Source: a virus
Length of the DNA stretch: 21,783 nt
UHGV virus genome: UHGV-0017033
Reading direction: 5' to 3' (one strand)
Under the pieces are notes generated by a model that saw only the letters and a list, made by a program, of their open reading frames with translations, was not told where the DNA came from and searched no databases. Shown here one piece after another: positions 1-11,124 of this stretch (positions are counted from its first letter, which is position 1; each line of letters opens with the position of its first letter). A program made the translations under genes and the position numbers.

Positions 1-402
1 TCAGGACGCAATGCCTTCGATGATAGCGATAATTTTACTCATCATCCTTCACATCTGGCTCTGTAGACAGGGTGGTGATCACTTCTGGAGTGAATCCAGA
101 TTAAACATCTCATTGCTGATGCTTGATATTGAGCATCTGGCGCGCGGTAAGGGGCTGCGTTGAGATAAGAGCCAGTTCATTACAAAGCCTATCTACTGGT
201 GGGCTTGATAATGAAACCGGAATTTATTCTGGGTAACCAGTTACGGCAGTACAGCGAAACAACCCAAGCCAGTAAGTGGGGAAATAACACTGGCAGCCAC
301 TGAAAGATGAACCTCCTGCCTTATGGCAAAAAAAGATTCTTTGTGGTGGCGGACTGATGGAAAGACATCCTAATCAAGCAACCACTCCACAGGGTCATAA
401 TT

Positions 403-783
403 ATGAACGACCAGCAAATCGAAAAAGAAATCGTTGAGAAAGGAAAAACCGCTCCGAGAATCACTCAGCAGCACATCGAAGACGTGATTAAAAGCGAGCA
501 TTACTTTACTGCTTATGATGGACGTAATGGTGCCATTTCCAGCAACGAATATTGTGGCAGGGAAAAACCAGAAGAAGGCGATCGTGATTTATCACCATTG
601 AAGTTGCTCACTTTCTGCGTACTGGTGCTGAAGAATGGCTTCACCGTCACCGGAGAGAGTGCCTGTGCAAGTCCGGAAAATTTTGATGCAGAAATTGGTC
701 GGAAGATTGCCCGGCAAAATGCTGTAAACAAAATCTGGATGCTAGAAGGTTACTTGCTGAAGCAGAAGCTAAGCGAACAGTAG
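403..783 (+). CDS. Conserved phage protein of unknown function; possibly Gp49/Gp66-like family (family name recalled, uncertain)
   Basis: 126-aa ORF with ATG at 403 and a weak AGGG Shine-Dalgarno upstream. Motif LTFCVLVLKNGFTVTGESACASPENFDAEIGRKIA resembles small phage proteins I recall upstream of terminase genes. Not verified by search. Confidence 0.55.
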   Translation: MNDQQIEKEIVEKGKTAPRITQQHIEDVIKSEHYFTAYDGRNGAISSNEYCGREKPEEGDRDLSPLKLLTFCVLVLKNGFTVTGESACASPENFDAEIGRKIARQNAVNKIWMLEGYLLKQKLSEQ

Positions 784-886
784 TTATTACAAAAGCCATT
801 CCCTACAGAGTGGCTTTGATAATGGCTTATACCCTACACGGGATAACTTAACTGATATCCCTTTTAACGGATAAACGGAGCCAACA

Positions 887-1129
887 ATGGCAGAGATTAC
901 CCCCATGACTGAAGAACAGAAATTCCAGTTAGAGATTTACAAGCTGGTCATGAACCAGAACGCAGCCGCAGAAGAAGCATTTCAGTTCATTGGCACTGAC
1001 GAGCTGAAGCTTGAGCTATTCAAAATTCACTTCCAGTCAGGTGGCGCTAATTCAGATATCACGACCCGCACTATCGAAGCGGTGCGTAAATCGAAGGAAG
1101 CGTTAGACCTGTTCACCACCGGAGCATGA
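887..1129 (+). CDS. Hypothetical small phage protein (80 aa)
   Basis: ATG at 887 preceded by ACGGAG about 7 nt upstream; same strand and position as the terminase-upstream small genes of lambdoid phages. No recognisable motif. Confidence 0.5.
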   Translation: MAEITPMTEEQKFQLEIYKLVMNQNAAAEEAFQFIGTDELKLELFKIHFQSGGANSDITTRTIEAVRKSKEALDLFTTGA

Positions 1130-1158
1130 TGCTCAACCTGAAATAACGATTAAGTGAG

Positions 1159-1653
1159 ATGAATATGGCAGCACCAAAGGGCAACCGATTCTGGGAGGCC
1201 CGCAGTAGTCATGGGCGAAACCCTAAATTCGAATCGCCTGAGGCGCTGTGGGCTGCTTGTTGTGAATACTTCGAGTGGGTAGAAGCTAACCCGCTATGGG
1301 AGATGAAGGCGTTCTCGTATCAGGGTGAAGTGATACAAGAGCCTATCGCCAAGATGCGAGCGATGACTATTACAGGCCTCACTCTGTTCATTGATGTGAC
1401 GCTTGAAACATGGCGCACATATCGCCTGAGAGAAGATTTATCTGAAGTCGTTACGCGAGCAGAACAGGTCATCTACGACCAGAAATTCTCTGGCGCAGCC
1501 GCTGACCTTCTCAACGCTAACATCATCGCCCGTGATTTGGGCCTCAAAGAGCAGTCGCAAGTTGAAGACGTGACACCTGATAAGGGAGATCGCGATAAGC
1601 GACGCTCTCGTATCAAGGAGCTATTCAACCGTGGAACTGGACGCGATTCTTGA
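1159..1653 (+). CDS. Terminase small subunit (P22 gp3-like)
   Basis: Translation [50 protein letters not shown]... matches my recollection of P22 gp3. An alternative start at the second ATG (1165) gives the MAAPKG N-terminus. The 3' end overlaps the large terminase start. Confidence 0.85.
   Translation: MNMAAPKGNRFWEARSSHGRNPKFESPEALWAACCEYFEWVEANPLWEMKAFSYQGEVIQEPIAKMRAMTITGLTLFIDVTLETWRTYRLREDLSEVVTRAEQVIYDQKFSGAAADLLNANIIARDLGLKEQSQVEDVTPDKGDRDKRRSRIKELFNRGTGRDS
1432..1453 (+). other. Putative P22-type pac site (headful packaging initiation) embedded in the small terminase gene
   Basis: Sequence GAAGATTTATCTGAAGTCGTTA inside the gp3-like ORF closely matches the P22 pac sequence as I recall it (P22 pac lies within gene 3). 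The exact consensus is recalled, not checked. Confidence 0.45.
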
Positions 1654-3130
1654 TAACCTGAGCGACGAAGAGCAAATAGAATTGCTCGAGCTACTCGAAG
1701 AAGAAGAGAACTACCGGAACACACACCTGCTATATGAATTTACGCCATACAGCAAACAGCGTGAGTTCATCGACGCCGGGCATGACTATCCAGAGCGCTG
1801 TTTTATGGCTGGTAACCAGCTTGGTAAGTCATTTACTGGTGCTGCTGAAGTCGCGTTTCACCTTACCGGGCGTTATCCGGGCACAAAAGGCTATCCTGCT
1901 GATGGTAAATATGGCGGGGAGTGGAAAGGTAAGCGTTTCTATGAGCCTGTTGTCTTCTGGATTGGTGGCGAGACAAACGAGACTGTAACCAAAACGACTC
2001 AACGCATCCTGTGCGGTCGTATCGAAGAGAATGATGAACCTGGCTACGGTTCCATACCGAAAGAAGACATCATTAGCTGGAAGAAGTCTCCTTTCTTTCC
2101 GAACCTTGTTGATCACCTTCTGGTTAAGCATCACACGGCTGATGGCGTTGAAGATGGCATTTCAATCTGCTACTTCAAACCATACTCGCAAGGCCGCGCT
2201 CGCTGGCAGGGTGACACAATCCACGGCGTGTGGTTTGACGAAGAGCCACCATACAGCATTTATGGTGAAGGCCTTACCCGTACCAACAAATACGGGCAAT
2301 TCTCAATTCTGACGTTTACCCCGCTGATGGGGATGTCTGACGTTGTTACCAAGTTCCTGAAGAATCCCAGCAAGTCGCAGAAAGTCGTCAACATGACCAT
2401 CTATGACGCCGAGCACTACACAGACGAGCAGAAAGAGCAAATCATCGCATCCTATCCTGAGCATGAGAGAGAGGCGCGTGCTCGCGGTATTCCTACGATG
2501 GGTAGTGGTCGAATCTTCCAGATACCGGAAGAGACTATTAAGTGTCAGCCGTTCGAGTGTCCTGATCACTTCTACGTAATTGGCGGGATGGATTTCGGAT
2601 GGGATCACCCACAGGCGCAGGTTCAACTTTGGTGGGATAAGGACGCAGACACAATCTACGTTTCACGCGTGTGGAAGGCGAAAGAAAAAACAGCCGTTCA
2701 GGCATGGGGAGCTGTTAAATCATGGGCGCATAAAGTGCCAACAGCATGGCCTCATGACGGAAACCAGCACGAGAAGGGCGGCGGTGAGCAGCTCAAAGGA
2801 CAGTATGCAGATGCTGGTTTTATGATGTTGCAGGAGCATGCGACATGGCCTGATGGCGGTAACGCGGTGGAGCCTGGAATCACTGAATTGCGCGACATGA
2901 TGCTTGATGGTCGCTTCAAAGTATTCAACACCTGTGAACCATTCTTTGAGGAGTTCCGCCTCTATCACCGTGATGAAAACGGGAAGATCGTCAAGCTTAA
3001 CGACGACGTGCTATCCGCCGTTCGCTATGCATACATGATGCGCCGCTTCGCCAAAATGATGCGCGACATCAAAAAACCAAAAGAGAAAAAGATACCAGCC
3101 CCAATCAGGCCCATCGCACGGAGAACTTAA
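1631..3130 (+). CDS. Terminase large subunit (P22 gp2-like)
   Basis: 499-aa ORF directly after and overlapping the small terminase; nuclease-region motif [15 protein letters not shown] is consistent with a phage large terminase; the position matches P22 gene 2. Confidence 0.92.
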   Translation: MELDAILDNLSDEEQIELLELLEEEENYRNTHLLYEFTPYSKQREFIDAGHDYPERCFMAGNQLGKSFTGAAEVAFHLTGRYPGTKGYPADGKYGGEWKGKRFYEPVVFWIGGETNETVTKTTQRILCGRIEENDEPGYGSIPKEDIISWKKSPFFPNLVDHLLVKHHTADGVEDGISICYFKPYSQGRARWQGDTIHGVWFDEEPPYSIYGEGLTRTNKYGQFSILTFTPLMGMSDVVTKFLKNPSKSQKVVNMTIYDAEHYTDEQKEQIIASYPEHEREARARGIPTMGSGRIFQIPEETIKCQPFECPDHFYVIGGMDFGWDHPQAQVQLWWDKDADTIYVSRVWKAKEKTAVQAWGAVKSWAHKVPTAWPHDGNQHEKGGGEQLKGQYADAGFMMLQEHATWPDGGNAVEPGITELRDMMLDGRFKVFNTCEPFFEEFRLYHRDENGKIVKLNDDVLSAVRYAYMMRRFAKMMRDIKKPKEKKIPAPIRPIARRT

Positions 3131-5296
3131 ATGGCCGACGAAAACAGACTCAATTCCATTCTGTGTAAGTTTGACGCAGACTGGATGGCGAGCGATGAAG
3201 CCAGAACCGAGGCGACAAATGACCTGTATTTTAGCCGAGTGTCGCAATGGGATGACTGGCTATCAAACTACACCACCCTGCAATATCGCGGACAATTCGA
3301 TGTTGTCCGCCCGGTTGTCAGGAAGTTGGTCGCAGAGATGCGCCGGAACCCTATCGACGTTCTCTTCCGACCAAAAGACGGTGCTAATCCTGATGCTGCC
3401 GATGTGCTGATGGGGATGTATCGTACTGATATGCGCCATAACACGGCAAAAATTGCCGTTAATGTTGGCGTTCGTGAGCAGATAGAGTCAGGCGTTGGTG
3501 CATGGCGTCTGGTCACGCAGTACGAAGACAACGACCCAACAAGCAACAATCAGGTAATCCGACGCCTGCCAATCCATGAAGCCTGCTCACACGTCATATG
3601 GGACGCCAACAGCAAGCAGATGGATAAGAGCGACGCTAAGCATTGCACGGTGATTAACGCTTTGTCACGCAATGGTTGGAAAGAGTTCGCAGAGGATTAC
3701 GGTATTGATCCGGACACCTTGCCATCTTTCCAGAATCCAAACGATACATGGCTGTTTCCGTGGGTATCAAATGATGTCGTCTACGTCGCTGAGTATTACG
3801 AGGTCGAAGAGAAGAAAGAGAAAGTCTTCATCTACCGCGACCCGCTGACAGGTGAGCCGGTCAGCTATTACCAGCAGGATATCAAAGACGTTATCGACGA
3901 CCTTGCTAATCGTGGATTCATTAAGGTAGCAGAGCGCAAGGTGAAGCGTCGGCGTGTGTATAAGTCGATCATCACCTGCACGCAGATACTGAAAGACCGC
4001 GAGAAGATAGCTGGAGAGCATATCCCAATCGTTCCAGTGTATGGCGAATGGTCATTCGCTGGTGACAAGGAGTGCTACGAAGGTGTAGTAAGGCTGACGA
4101 AAGACGGTCAACGCCTTCGTAACATGATCATGTCATTCAACGCCGATATTGTTGCTCGTTCACCGAAGAAGAAGCCGACCTTCTTCCCTGAGCAAATCGA
4201 AGGCTACGAATACATGTACGGTGGAAATGATGACTATCCGTACTATTTGCAGAACAAGACCGATGAAAACGGCAACGACCTGCCGATTGGTCCAATCTCC
4301 TACATGGAAAACCCTGAAGTGCCGCAAGCCAACGCTTACATGCTTGAGGCTGCCACCAACGCAGTGAAAGAGGTGGCTAGTCTTGGCGTGGATGCGCAGG
4401 CGGCAAATGGTCAGGTCGCTTTCGATACCGTCAATCAACTGAACATGCGGGCAGACCTTGAGACATACGTGTTTCAGGATAACCTGGCTACCGCAATGCG
4501 ACGTGATGGCGAGATTTATGCCTCAATGGTCAATGATATTTATGACGTTCCTCGTCATGTAACGCTGACACTTGAAGATGGAAGCGAGAAAGACGTTCAA
4601 CTCTATGCGCAAGTTGTCGATTACCAGTCCGGCAATGTGGTCACACTCAACGACATTCGCGGTCGCTATGAGTGCTATACAGACGTTGGACCATCCTTCC
4701 AGAGTATGAAGGAACAGAATCGCGCAGAGATTCAGGAGTTGCTAACAAAGGTTCCGCAAGGTACTCCAGAGTTCCAGATGCTGATGCTGCAATACTTCAC
4801 GCTGCTTGACGGTAAAGGCGTCGAGATGATGCGAGAGTACGCGAACAAGCAACTGGTGATGATGGGGCTGAAGAAACCAGAAACACCTGAAGAGATGGAG
4901 ATGGTACAGCAGGCTCAACAGCAGCCGCAGCAGCCATCAGCAGAGCAAATTCAGGCGCAGGGTATCCTTCTGCAAGGTCAGGCTGAATTGCTCAAGGCAG
5001 AGAACCAACAGGCGCAGATTCAGGTTGAAGCCGCCAAGGTTGAAGCTCAAAACCAACTCAACGCCGCGAAGATTGCAGAAATCTTCAACAATATGGACCT
5101 CGACAAGCAGGCAGAACTGCGTGAGTACCTCAAGCTCGTAGGTCAATTCCAGCAACAGCGCAGCAAAGACGCTCGCGCTAACGCTGAGCTGCTTCTTAAA
5201 GATGCAGACCAGACTCATTCACAACGCATGGATTTCGCGAATCTTATGCGTCAAGTTCAAATCCCCTCCGGCGGAGTAGCCGAGACACCTCAATAA
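3131..5296 (+). CDS. Portal protein (P22 gp1-like)
   Basis: 721-aa ORF; long stretches match my recollection of P22 portal ([53 protein letters not shown]-rich C-terminal barrel region). GGAGAA Shine-Dalgarno before the ATG. Confidence 0.93.
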   Translation: MADENRLNSILCKFDADWMASDEARTEATNDLYFSRVSQWDDWLSNYTTLQYRGQFDVVRPVVRKLVAEMRRNPIDVLFRPKDGANPDAADVLMGMYRTDMRHNTAKIAVNVGVREQIESGVGAWRLVTQYEDNDPTSNNQVIRRLPIHEACSHVIWDANSKQMDKSDAKHCTVINALSRNGWKEFAEDYGIDPDTLPSFQNPNDTWLFPWVSNDVVYVAEYYEVEEKKEKVFIYRDPLTGEPVSYYQQDIKDVIDDLANRGFIKVAERKVKRRRVYKSIITCTQILKDREKIAGEHIPIVPVYGEWSFAGDKECYEGVVRLTKDGQRLRNMIMSFNADIVARSPKKKPTFFPEQIEGYEYMYGGNDDYPYYLQNKTDENGNDLPIGPISYMENPEVPQANAYMLEAATNAVKEVASLGVDAQAANGQVAFDTVNQLNMRADLETYVFQDNLATAMRRDGEIYASMVNDIYDVPRHVTLTLEDGSEKDVQLYAQVVDYQSGNVVTLNDIRGRYECYTDVGPSFQSMKEQNRAEIQELLTKVPQGTPEFQMLMLQYFTLLDGKGVEMMREYANKQLVMMGLKKPETPEEMEMVQQAQQQPQQPSAEQIQAQGILLQGQAELLKAENQQAQIQVEAAKVEAQNQLNAAKIAEIFNNMDLDKQAELREYLKLVGQFQQQRSKDARANAELLLKDADQTHSQRMDFANLMRQVQIPSGGVAETPQ

Positions 5297-5309
5297 GAGA
5301 GAGTTAATC

Positions 5310-6221
5310 ATGAACCCAACCACCGACATTCAGGCTTCTGAAGAATTAACCCTGCCCGGCAATCATGCAGCGGCATCTGCTGATGGCTTAGTTGTCGATA
5401 ATGCCAACGACAACGCAGGTCAGGAAGAAGGCTTCGAGATTGTCCTGAAAGACGATGAGAAACCAAAACAAGACCCGGCAACTAATGCTGAATTTGCCCG
5501 CCGCCGCATCGAACGCAAACGCCAGCGTGAGCTTGAGCAACAGATGGAAGCGGTTAAGCGTGGAGAGTTGCCGGAGCACCTGCGGGTGAACCCTGAGTTA
5601 CCAAAACAACCAGACCCTAACGATTATCTTTCCGAAGACGCACTGGCTAAGTATGACTATGACCAGAGCCGCGCACTGGCTGCCTTCCAGCAGGCAAACA
5701 GTGAATGGCAGATCAAGGCTATGGACGCACGAAGCCAGGCTGTAGCCGAGCAGGGCCGCAAAACTCAGGAGTTCACCCAGCAATCAGCGCAATACGTCGA
5801 GGCAGCCCGTAAGCACTACGACGCAGCGGAAAAGCTCAATATCCCTGACTATCAGGAGAAAGAGGATGCATTCATGCAACTGGTGCCGCCAGCAGTCGGT
5901 GCCGACATCATGCGCCTCTTCCCGGAGAAATCCGCTGCTCTCATGTATCACCTTGGTGCTAATCCTGAGAAAACACGCCAGTTGCTGGCGATGGACGGGC
6001 AATCCGCGCTGATTGAACTCACTCGACTGTCAGAACGTTTAACTCTCAAGCCTCGAGCCAAGCCTGTTTCAGAAGCCCCGTTACCTGATGAACCCATTCA
6101 GGGTCACGCTGTTGCTGCAAATATCTCTGCGATTGAAAAGCAGATGGAAGCGGCAGCAAACAAAGGGGATGTAGAGACGTACCGCAAGCTCAAGGCGCAA
6201 CTGAATAAAGGAATTCGATAA
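5310..6221 (+). CDS. Scaffolding protein (P22 gp8-like)
   Basis: 303-aa ORF, same length as recalled for P22 gp8; acidic, helix-rich sequence ending in the coat-binding-like [19 protein letters not shown]; sits between portal and coat. Confidence 0.9.
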   Translation: MNPTTDIQASEELTLPGNHAAASADGLVVDNANDNAGQEEGFEIVLKDDEKPKQDPATNAEFARRRIERKRQRELEQQMEAVKRGELPEHLRVNPELPKQPDPNDYLSEDALAKYDYDQSRALAAFQQANSEWQIKAMDARSQAVAEQGRKTQEFTQQSAQYVEAARKHYDAAEKLNIPDYQEKEDAFMQLVPPAVGADIMRLFPEKSAALMYHLGANPEKTRQLLAMDGQSALIELTRLSERLTLKPRAKPVSEAPLPDEPIQGHAVAANISAIEKQMEAAANKGDVETYRKLKAQLNKGIR

Positions 6222-6743
6222 TTATTTCGATATCGTGATGTTGTTTTCCTCGTCAAACTTTCTGATTACTTCTTTCGCCTCTTCGAATGAAGAACATACT
6301 TTTTGCACTCTTGCATTAAGCAGTCGCTTATGAGCGATCCATCTTTTCCGCGTGTTGCAAAAGTAAACTCCAGATATTCCGCTGGAGTTATTTTTAGATA
6401 GTTTGATTCTATTCCTTTGGTTTGCTGATTTTTTCACAAGACGAAGATTTTCAATTCTGTTGTCGTGGCGAATCCCATTTATATGGTCAATTTCCATGCC
6501 TTCTGGAATATCTCCGTTAAACATCACCCATACGATGCGGTGTGCTAGCCACTTAATGCCGTTAATTCTTATGCGGATATATCCATTGCTTTCTAAAAGA
6601 CCAGCAACTTTCCCAGCGTGTTTTGCATTCCAAACGTTGTGATAGTTGCGATTCTTTTTGTTGTTGAAAAATTCAGGGCTTCTGGCTTTCCAAACCAAAG
6701 AGCCATCGCGGTATTCGAAGTATTCATTCAGTTCCATGTTCAT
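6222..6743 (-). CDS. Free-standing HNH homing endonuclease with a C-terminal AP2-like DNA-binding region
   Basis: 173-aa minus-strand ORF filling the whole scaffold-coat intergenic space. HNH motif EIDHINGIRHDNRIENLRLV...NQRN, and a downstream SGISGVYFCNTRKRWIAHKR segment typical of AP2 domains paired with phage HNH enzymes. The DNA is visibly more AT-rich than the flanking capsid genes. Confidence 0.85.
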   Translation of the reverse strand: MNMELNEYFEYRDGSLVWKARSPEFFNNKKNRNYHNVWNAKHAGKVAGLLESNGYIRIRINGIKWLAHRIVWVMFNGDIPEGMEIDHINGIRHDNRIENLRLVKKSANQRNRIKLSKNNSSGISGVYFCNTRKRWIAHKRLLNARVQKVCSSFEEAKEVIRKFDEENNITISK

Positions 6744-6810
6744 AACCCTAATGCGCTATATGTTGATATAACAATAGTATAGCACATAAAGAAAGTAAGG
6801 TATTCAATAT

Positions 6811-8106
6811 ATGACTCTCAAAGAAGGGCAGTTAGTTACTTACGCTATCGATGAAATCATCGAAACCGTCCAGAACCTGACGCCAATGGCGTCCAAAGTG
6901 ACAAAATACACCCCTCCGGCAGAATCCATGCAACGTTCAAGCAACACCGTGTGGATGCCTGTTGAGCAGGAAGCGCCAACCCAGACTGGCTGGGATTTAA
7001 CTGGCAAAGCAACCGGGATTCTGGAGCTCTCCGTGAAATGCAACATGGGCGATCCGGATAACGATTTCTTCGAGCTTCGTGCAGATGACCTGCGTGATGA
7101 GCGTTCTTACCGTCGCCGCATCCAGGCATCCGCTAAAAAACTGGCGAATAACATTGAGTCAGCAATTGCCAAACAGGCAACTGAAATGGGCTCACTTGTT
7201 GTTCACGATACCCGCGCAATTGGTCCATCTACTGGCCTGTCTGGCTGGGATTTTGTGTCTGATGCAGAGCGCCTGATGTTCTCCCGTGAGCTAAACCGCG
7301 ATATGGGCATCAGTTACTTCCTGAACCCTGACGATTACCGCAAAGCAGGCCGCAACCTGGTAGATGGTGACATCTTCGGGCGCGTTCCTGAAGAAGCGTA
7401 TCGCAACGGTACTATTCAGCGTCAGATTGCTGGCTTTGATGAAATTCTTCGCTCACCGAAACTTCCGGCAGTTACCAAGTCAACCGTTACTGGTGTAACT
7501 GTTTCTGGTGCGCAGAAGTTTAAGCCGCAGGCATACACCCTTGATACCGATGGTAACAAAGAGAACGTCGACAACCGTGTTGCAACGGTGACCGTATCCT
7601 CCACCACCGGATTTAAGCGCGGCGACAAAATCAGTTTCACTGGTGTGAAATTCCTGTCTCAGATGGCGAAGAACGTGCTAACTGATGATGCGACTTTCTC
7701 AATCACCCGTGTGATCGATGGTACTCACATCGAAATCACGCCGAAACCGATTGCACTGGATGACGCGTCACTGACAAAAGAAGAGAAGGCTTACGCTAAC
7801 GTAAACACCTCTCTTGCTGATACCACTCCGGTAAACGTTCTGAACGTGGCAACAACCACCGCTAACGTGTTCTGGGCTGATGACTCAATCCGTCTGCTGT
7901 CTCAGCCGATCCCGGTAACCCATGAACTGTTTGCTGGCATGAAAACGTCTTCCTTCAGCATTCCTGGTATTGGTGTTAACGGCATCTTCGCAACGCAGGG
8001 TGATATCAACACTCTGTCTGGTAAGTGCCGTATTGCTGTGTGGTATTCAGCATGTGCTGTACGACCAGAGGCAATTGGTGTTGGTCTGCCTAATCAGACC
8101 GCGTGA
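6811..8106 (+). CDS. Major capsid (coat) protein (P22 gp5-like, HK97 fold with insertion domain)
   Basis: 431-aa ORF; near-colinear match to my recollection of P22 coat protein ([60 protein letters not shown]). AAGGT Shine-Dalgarno upstream. Confidence 0.93.
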   Translation: MTLKEGQLVTYAIDEIIETVQNLTPMASKVTKYTPPAESMQRSSNTVWMPVEQEAPTQTGWDLTGKATGILELSVKCNMGDPDNDFFELRADDLRDERSYRRRIQASAKKLANNIESAIAKQATEMGSLVVHDTRAIGPSTGLSGWDFVSDAERLMFSRELNRDMGISYFLNPDDYRKAGRNLVDGDIFGRVPEEAYRNGTIQRQIAGFDEILRSPKLPAVTKSTVTGVTVSGAQKFKPQAYTLDTDGNKENVDNRVATVTVSSTTGFKRGDKISFTGVKFLSQMAKNVLTDDATFSITRVIDGTHIEITPKPIALDDASLTKEEKAYANVNTSLADTTPVNVLNVATTTANVFWADDSIRLLSQPIPVTHELFAGMKTSSFSIPGIGVNGIFATQGDINTLSGKCRIAVWYSACAVRPEAIGVGLPNQTA

Positions 8107-8112
8107 TAACCA

Positions 8113-8137
8113 GAGGGAGCTTCGGCTCCCTTTTTAT
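8113..8137 (+). terminator. Intrinsic (rho-independent) terminator-like hairpin immediately after the coat gene
   Basis: GGGAGC-TTCG-GCTCCC perfect 6-bp GC-rich stem with TTCG tetraloop followed by TTTTTAT, 7 nt after the coat stop codon. Confidence 0.6.
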
Positions 8138-8149
8138 CTGGAGACAAGC

Positions 8150-8380
8150 ATGACACACATGGTCTTTCGTCATGGCGACATGAAGAAGTGGAAAGGCGTT
8201 GGATACGACTTTGAAATCGTGAAAGCCGAAGAGCTTCAGGAATATCTGGATGCTGGCTGGTTTGCACATCCTGATGATCTTCTGAAGGATGTTGCAGAGC
8301 CAGAGCCAGAAGAAAAACAGCGTAAAAAGCCTGGTCGAAAACCTAAGGCGGCAGTAGATGAACCTGACAACGAAGGGTGA
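8150..8380 (+). CDS. Small hypothetical protein between coat and gp4 (about 76 aa)
   Basis: ATG at 8150 preceded by GGAGAC; this is the in-frame internal start of track ORF 7970..8380, whose upstream part overlaps the coat gene. Lys/Pro-rich tail [19 protein letters not shown]22 has a small ORF at this position (recalled). Confidence 0.5.
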   Translation: MTHMVFRHGDMKKWKGVGYDFEIVKAEELQEYLDAGWFAHPDDLLKDVAEPEPEEKQRKKPGRKPKAAVDEPDNEG

Positions 8381-8858
8381 TTTAGTTCTTGCGGCATTAC
8401 GTAAGCTCGGTGTGGCATCAAATGCCACGTTAACCGATGTCGAACCGCAGTCTATGGAAGACGGCGTCAACGACCTTGAAATGATGATGGCTGAATGGCT
8501 TGGCGGTGATGTGTCACCTGGTATCAACGTTGGTTACATTTTCGCTGATGCAGATGTCGCTCCAGATCCGGGCGATGAGCACGGTTTATCAAATAACGCT
8601 ATCAATGCTGTCATTTTCAACCTTGCCTGCCGCATTGCACCGGATTATGCGCTGGAAGCGCCTGCAAAACTTATAACCACTGCCAGATACGGGAAAGAGC
8701 GACTCGTCAAACTGTCTGCAATGGACAGAGCAAAAGCCGCTAAATGTAAGCCCGGTTATCCAAACCGTATGCCTGTTGGTAGCGGTAACCAGTTGGCGAA
8801 GTGGAACGGTTGGAATTACTTCCACCGAAAGGAACCTTGCGATAACGGGAGCGAATAA
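8358..8858 (+). CDS. Head completion / tail accessory protein (P22 gp4-like)
   Basis: 166-aa ORF, same length as recalled for P22 gp4; motifs [28 protein letters not shown] and [14 protein letters not shown] resemble gp4; start overlaps the upstream small ORF. Confidence 0.85.
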   Translation: MNLTTKGDLVLAALRKLGVASNATLTDVEPQSMEDGVNDLEMMMAEWLGGDVSPGINVGYIFADADVAPDPGDEHGLSNNAINAVIFNLACRIAPDYALEAPAKLITTARYGKERLVKLSAMDRAKAAKCKPGYPNRMPVGSGNQLAKWNGWNYFHRKEPCDNGSE

Positions 8859-10276
8859 TGCCTATTCAGCAACTTCCGCTTATGAAAGGTGTCGGCAAAG
8901 ACTTTAGAAACGCCGACTATATCGACTATCTGCCAGTGAATATGTTGGCTACACCCAAAGAAATCCTGAACAGCAGCGGATATCTTCGCTCATTCCCGGG
9001 CATTGCCAAACGTTCTGATGTGAACGGCGTATCGCGCGGCGTCGAGTACAACATGGTGCAGAGTGCTGTTTATCGCGTGTGTGGTGGCAAACTGTACAAA
9101 GGAGAAAGCGAGGTTGGTGATGTTGCCGGAAGTGGTCGCGTATCAATGGCGCATGGGCGGACATCACAGGCGGTAGGCGTTAATGGGCAACTGGTCGAGT
9201 ATCGCTATGATGGCACGGTTAAAACCGTCTCAAACTGGCCTACAGACAGCGGATTCACGCAGTATGAGTTAGGTTCGGTTCGTGACATTACGCGCTTACG
9301 TGGGCGTTATGCGTGGTCAAAAGACGGAACTGATTCATGGTTCATCACTGACCTTAAAGACGAATCACATCCTGACCGCTACAGCGCACAATATCGTGCC
9401 GAGTCTCAGCCTGACGGTATCATCGGCATCGGAACATGGCGAGACTTCATTGTCTGCTTTGGTTCATCGACGATTGAATATTTTTCCCTGACTGGTGCAA
9501 CCACCGTTGGTGCCGCTTTGTATGTCGCACAGCCATCACTGATGGTGCAGAAAGGTATTGCCGGGACTTACTGCAAAACGCCATTCGCTGATTCTTATGC
9601 GTTCATCAGCAATCCGGCAACAGGTGCGCCGTCTGTATATATCATCGGCTCCGGTCAGGTGTCACCAATCGCCAGCGCTAGCATTGAGAAAATTCTCCGC
9701 TCATACACTGCTGATGAACTGGCTGATGGTGTGATGGAATCGCTGCGATTTGATGCTCATGAGTTGCTGATTATCCACCTTCCGCGCCATGTTCTCGTGT
9801 ACGACGCATCTTCAAGCGCCAATGGTCCGCAATGGTGTGTGTTGAAAACTGGCCTGTATGACGATGTGTACCGCGCTATCGACTTCATTTACGAAGGCAA
9901 TCAGATAACGTGCGGCGATAAGCTGGAATCGGTGACCGGGAAATTGCAGTTCGACATCAGCAGCCAGTACGACAAGCAACAGGAACACCTGCTGTTTACT
10001 CCGTTGTTCAAAGCTGAGAACGCCAGATGTTTTGATCTGGAAGTTGAATCATCGACTGGTGTCGCTCAGTACGCTGACCGCCTGTTCCTCTCTGCAACCG
10101 CTGACGGCATCAACTGGGGACGTGAGCAGATGATTGAGCAGAATGAACCGTTCGTTTACGACAAACGCGTTTTGTGGAAGCGTGTCGGGCGAATCAGGAA
10201 AAATGTCGGCTTCAAATTGCGTGTTATCACGAAGTCACCTGTCACTCTGTCTGGCGCTCAGATAAGGATTGAGTAA
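8858..10276 (+). CDS. Tail accessory protein (P22 gp10-like)
   Basis: 472-aa ORF whose ATG overlaps the gp4 stop (ATAATG); length and position match P22 gene 10. Confidence 0.82.
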   Translation: MPIQQLPLMKGVGKDFRNADYIDYLPVNMLATPKEILNSSGYLRSFPGIAKRSDVNGVSRGVEYNMVQSAVYRVCGGKLYKGESEVGDVAGSGRVSMAHGRTSQAVGVNGQLVEYRYDGTVKTVSNWPTDSGFTQYELGSVRDITRLRGRYAWSKDGTDSWFITDLKDESHPDRYSAQYRAESQPDGIIGIGTWRDFIVCFGSSTIEYFSLTGATTVGAALYVAQPSLMVQKGIAGTYCKTPFADSYAFISNPATGAPSVYIIGSGQVSPIASASIEKILRSYTADELADGVMESLRFDAHELLIIHLPRHVLVYDASSSANGPQWCVLKTGLYDDVYRAIDFIYEGNQITCGDKLESVTGKLQFDISSQYDKQQEHLLFTPLFKAENARCFDLEVESSTGVAQYADRLFLSATADGINWGREQMIEQNEPFVYDKRVLWKRVGRIRKNVGFKLRVITKSPVTLSGAQIRIE

Positions 10277-11124
10277 TGGCGGATTCGAATCTCAATGAGC
10301 CGGTAATCATTCAGGCTACACGACTCGACACATCAGTCCTTCCGCGTAATATCTTCTCGCAGTCATATCTGCTGTACGTTATTGCACAGGGTACTGATGT
10401 TGGTAATGTGGCTAACAAGGCCAACGAGGCCGGACAGGGCGCTTATGACGCACAAGTCAGGAACGATGAGCAGGATGTGATTCTGGTCGATCACGAAATT
10501 CGACTGGCATCAGCTGAAGCGAAGATTCAGGACCACGAAACAAGGATCACTAACGCAGAATCGGCGATAGTCGGCCTTGATTCCCGATTAACGACAGCAG
10601 AAAACGATATTGATTATCTGACTGATGAAGTTATCGCCATTCAAAACACGCTTTCAGACCATGAAACGCGCATTGATGCTCTGGAGTATGCCACTACTCG
10701 CAAAAAGTCAGAGGTTGTTTACTCTGGCGTATCTGTAACCATCCCGACAGCGCCGACCAACCTTGTTAGCCTGCTGAAAACGCTCACGCCGTCATCCGGG
10801 ACGTTGGCACCATTCTTCGACACTGTTAACAACAAGATGGTTGTGTTCAACGAGAACAAAACCTTGTTCTTCAAGCTGTCGATCGTCGGGACGTGGCCCA
10901 GCGGAACCGCCAACAGGTCAATGCAGCTAACCTTTTCCGGCTCTGTTCCTGACACGTTGGTCAGCAGTCGTAATGCGGCGACAACAACCGACAACATCCT
11001 GTTAGCTACGTTCTTCAGCGTGGATAAAGACGGCTTTCTTGCCACAAATGGCAGTACGTTAACCATTCAGTCAAATGGTGCGGCGTTTACTGCCACAACC
11101 ATCAAGATAATCGCGGAGCAGTAA
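10276..11124 (+). CDS. Tail needle protein (gp26-like) with extended C-terminal knob domain
   Basis: N-terminus [43 protein letters not shown] matches the gp26 plug region, followed by heptad repeats ([15 protein letters not shown]...). At 282 aa it is longer than P22 gp26 (about 233 aa as recalled), consistent with knobbed needles of Sf6/HK620-type phages. Confidence 0.8.
   Translation: MADSNLNEPVIIQATRLDTSVLPRNIFSQSYLLYVIAQGTDVGNVANKANEAGQGAYDAQVRNDEQDVILVDHEIRLASAEAKIQDHETRITNAESAIVGLDSRLTTAENDIDYLTDEVIAIQNTLSDHETRIDALEYATTRKKSEVVYSGVSVTIPTAPTNLVSLLKTLTPSSGTLAPFFDTVNNKMVVFNENKTLFFKLSIVGTWPSGTANRSMQLTFSGSVPDTLVSSRNAATTTDNILLATFFSVDKDGFLATNGSTLTIQSNGAAFTATTIKIIAEQ

Noticed and set aside
783-887. 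Possible hairpin AAGCCA...TGGCTT in the spacer between the first two ORFs as a terminator
   Set aside because: The loop is long (12 nt) and there is no downstream T-run; more likely incidental.
7970-8380. The 136-aa track ORF taken at full length
   Set aside because: Its 5' part overlaps the coat gene in another frame and spans the post-coat hairpin; only the internal ATG at 8150 with a ribosome-binding site is plausible.
8090-8527. 145-aa minus-strand ORF antisense to the gp4 region
   Set aside because: Fully nested antisense to well-supported late genes, with no ribosome-binding site and no recognisable motif; a typical shadow ORF.
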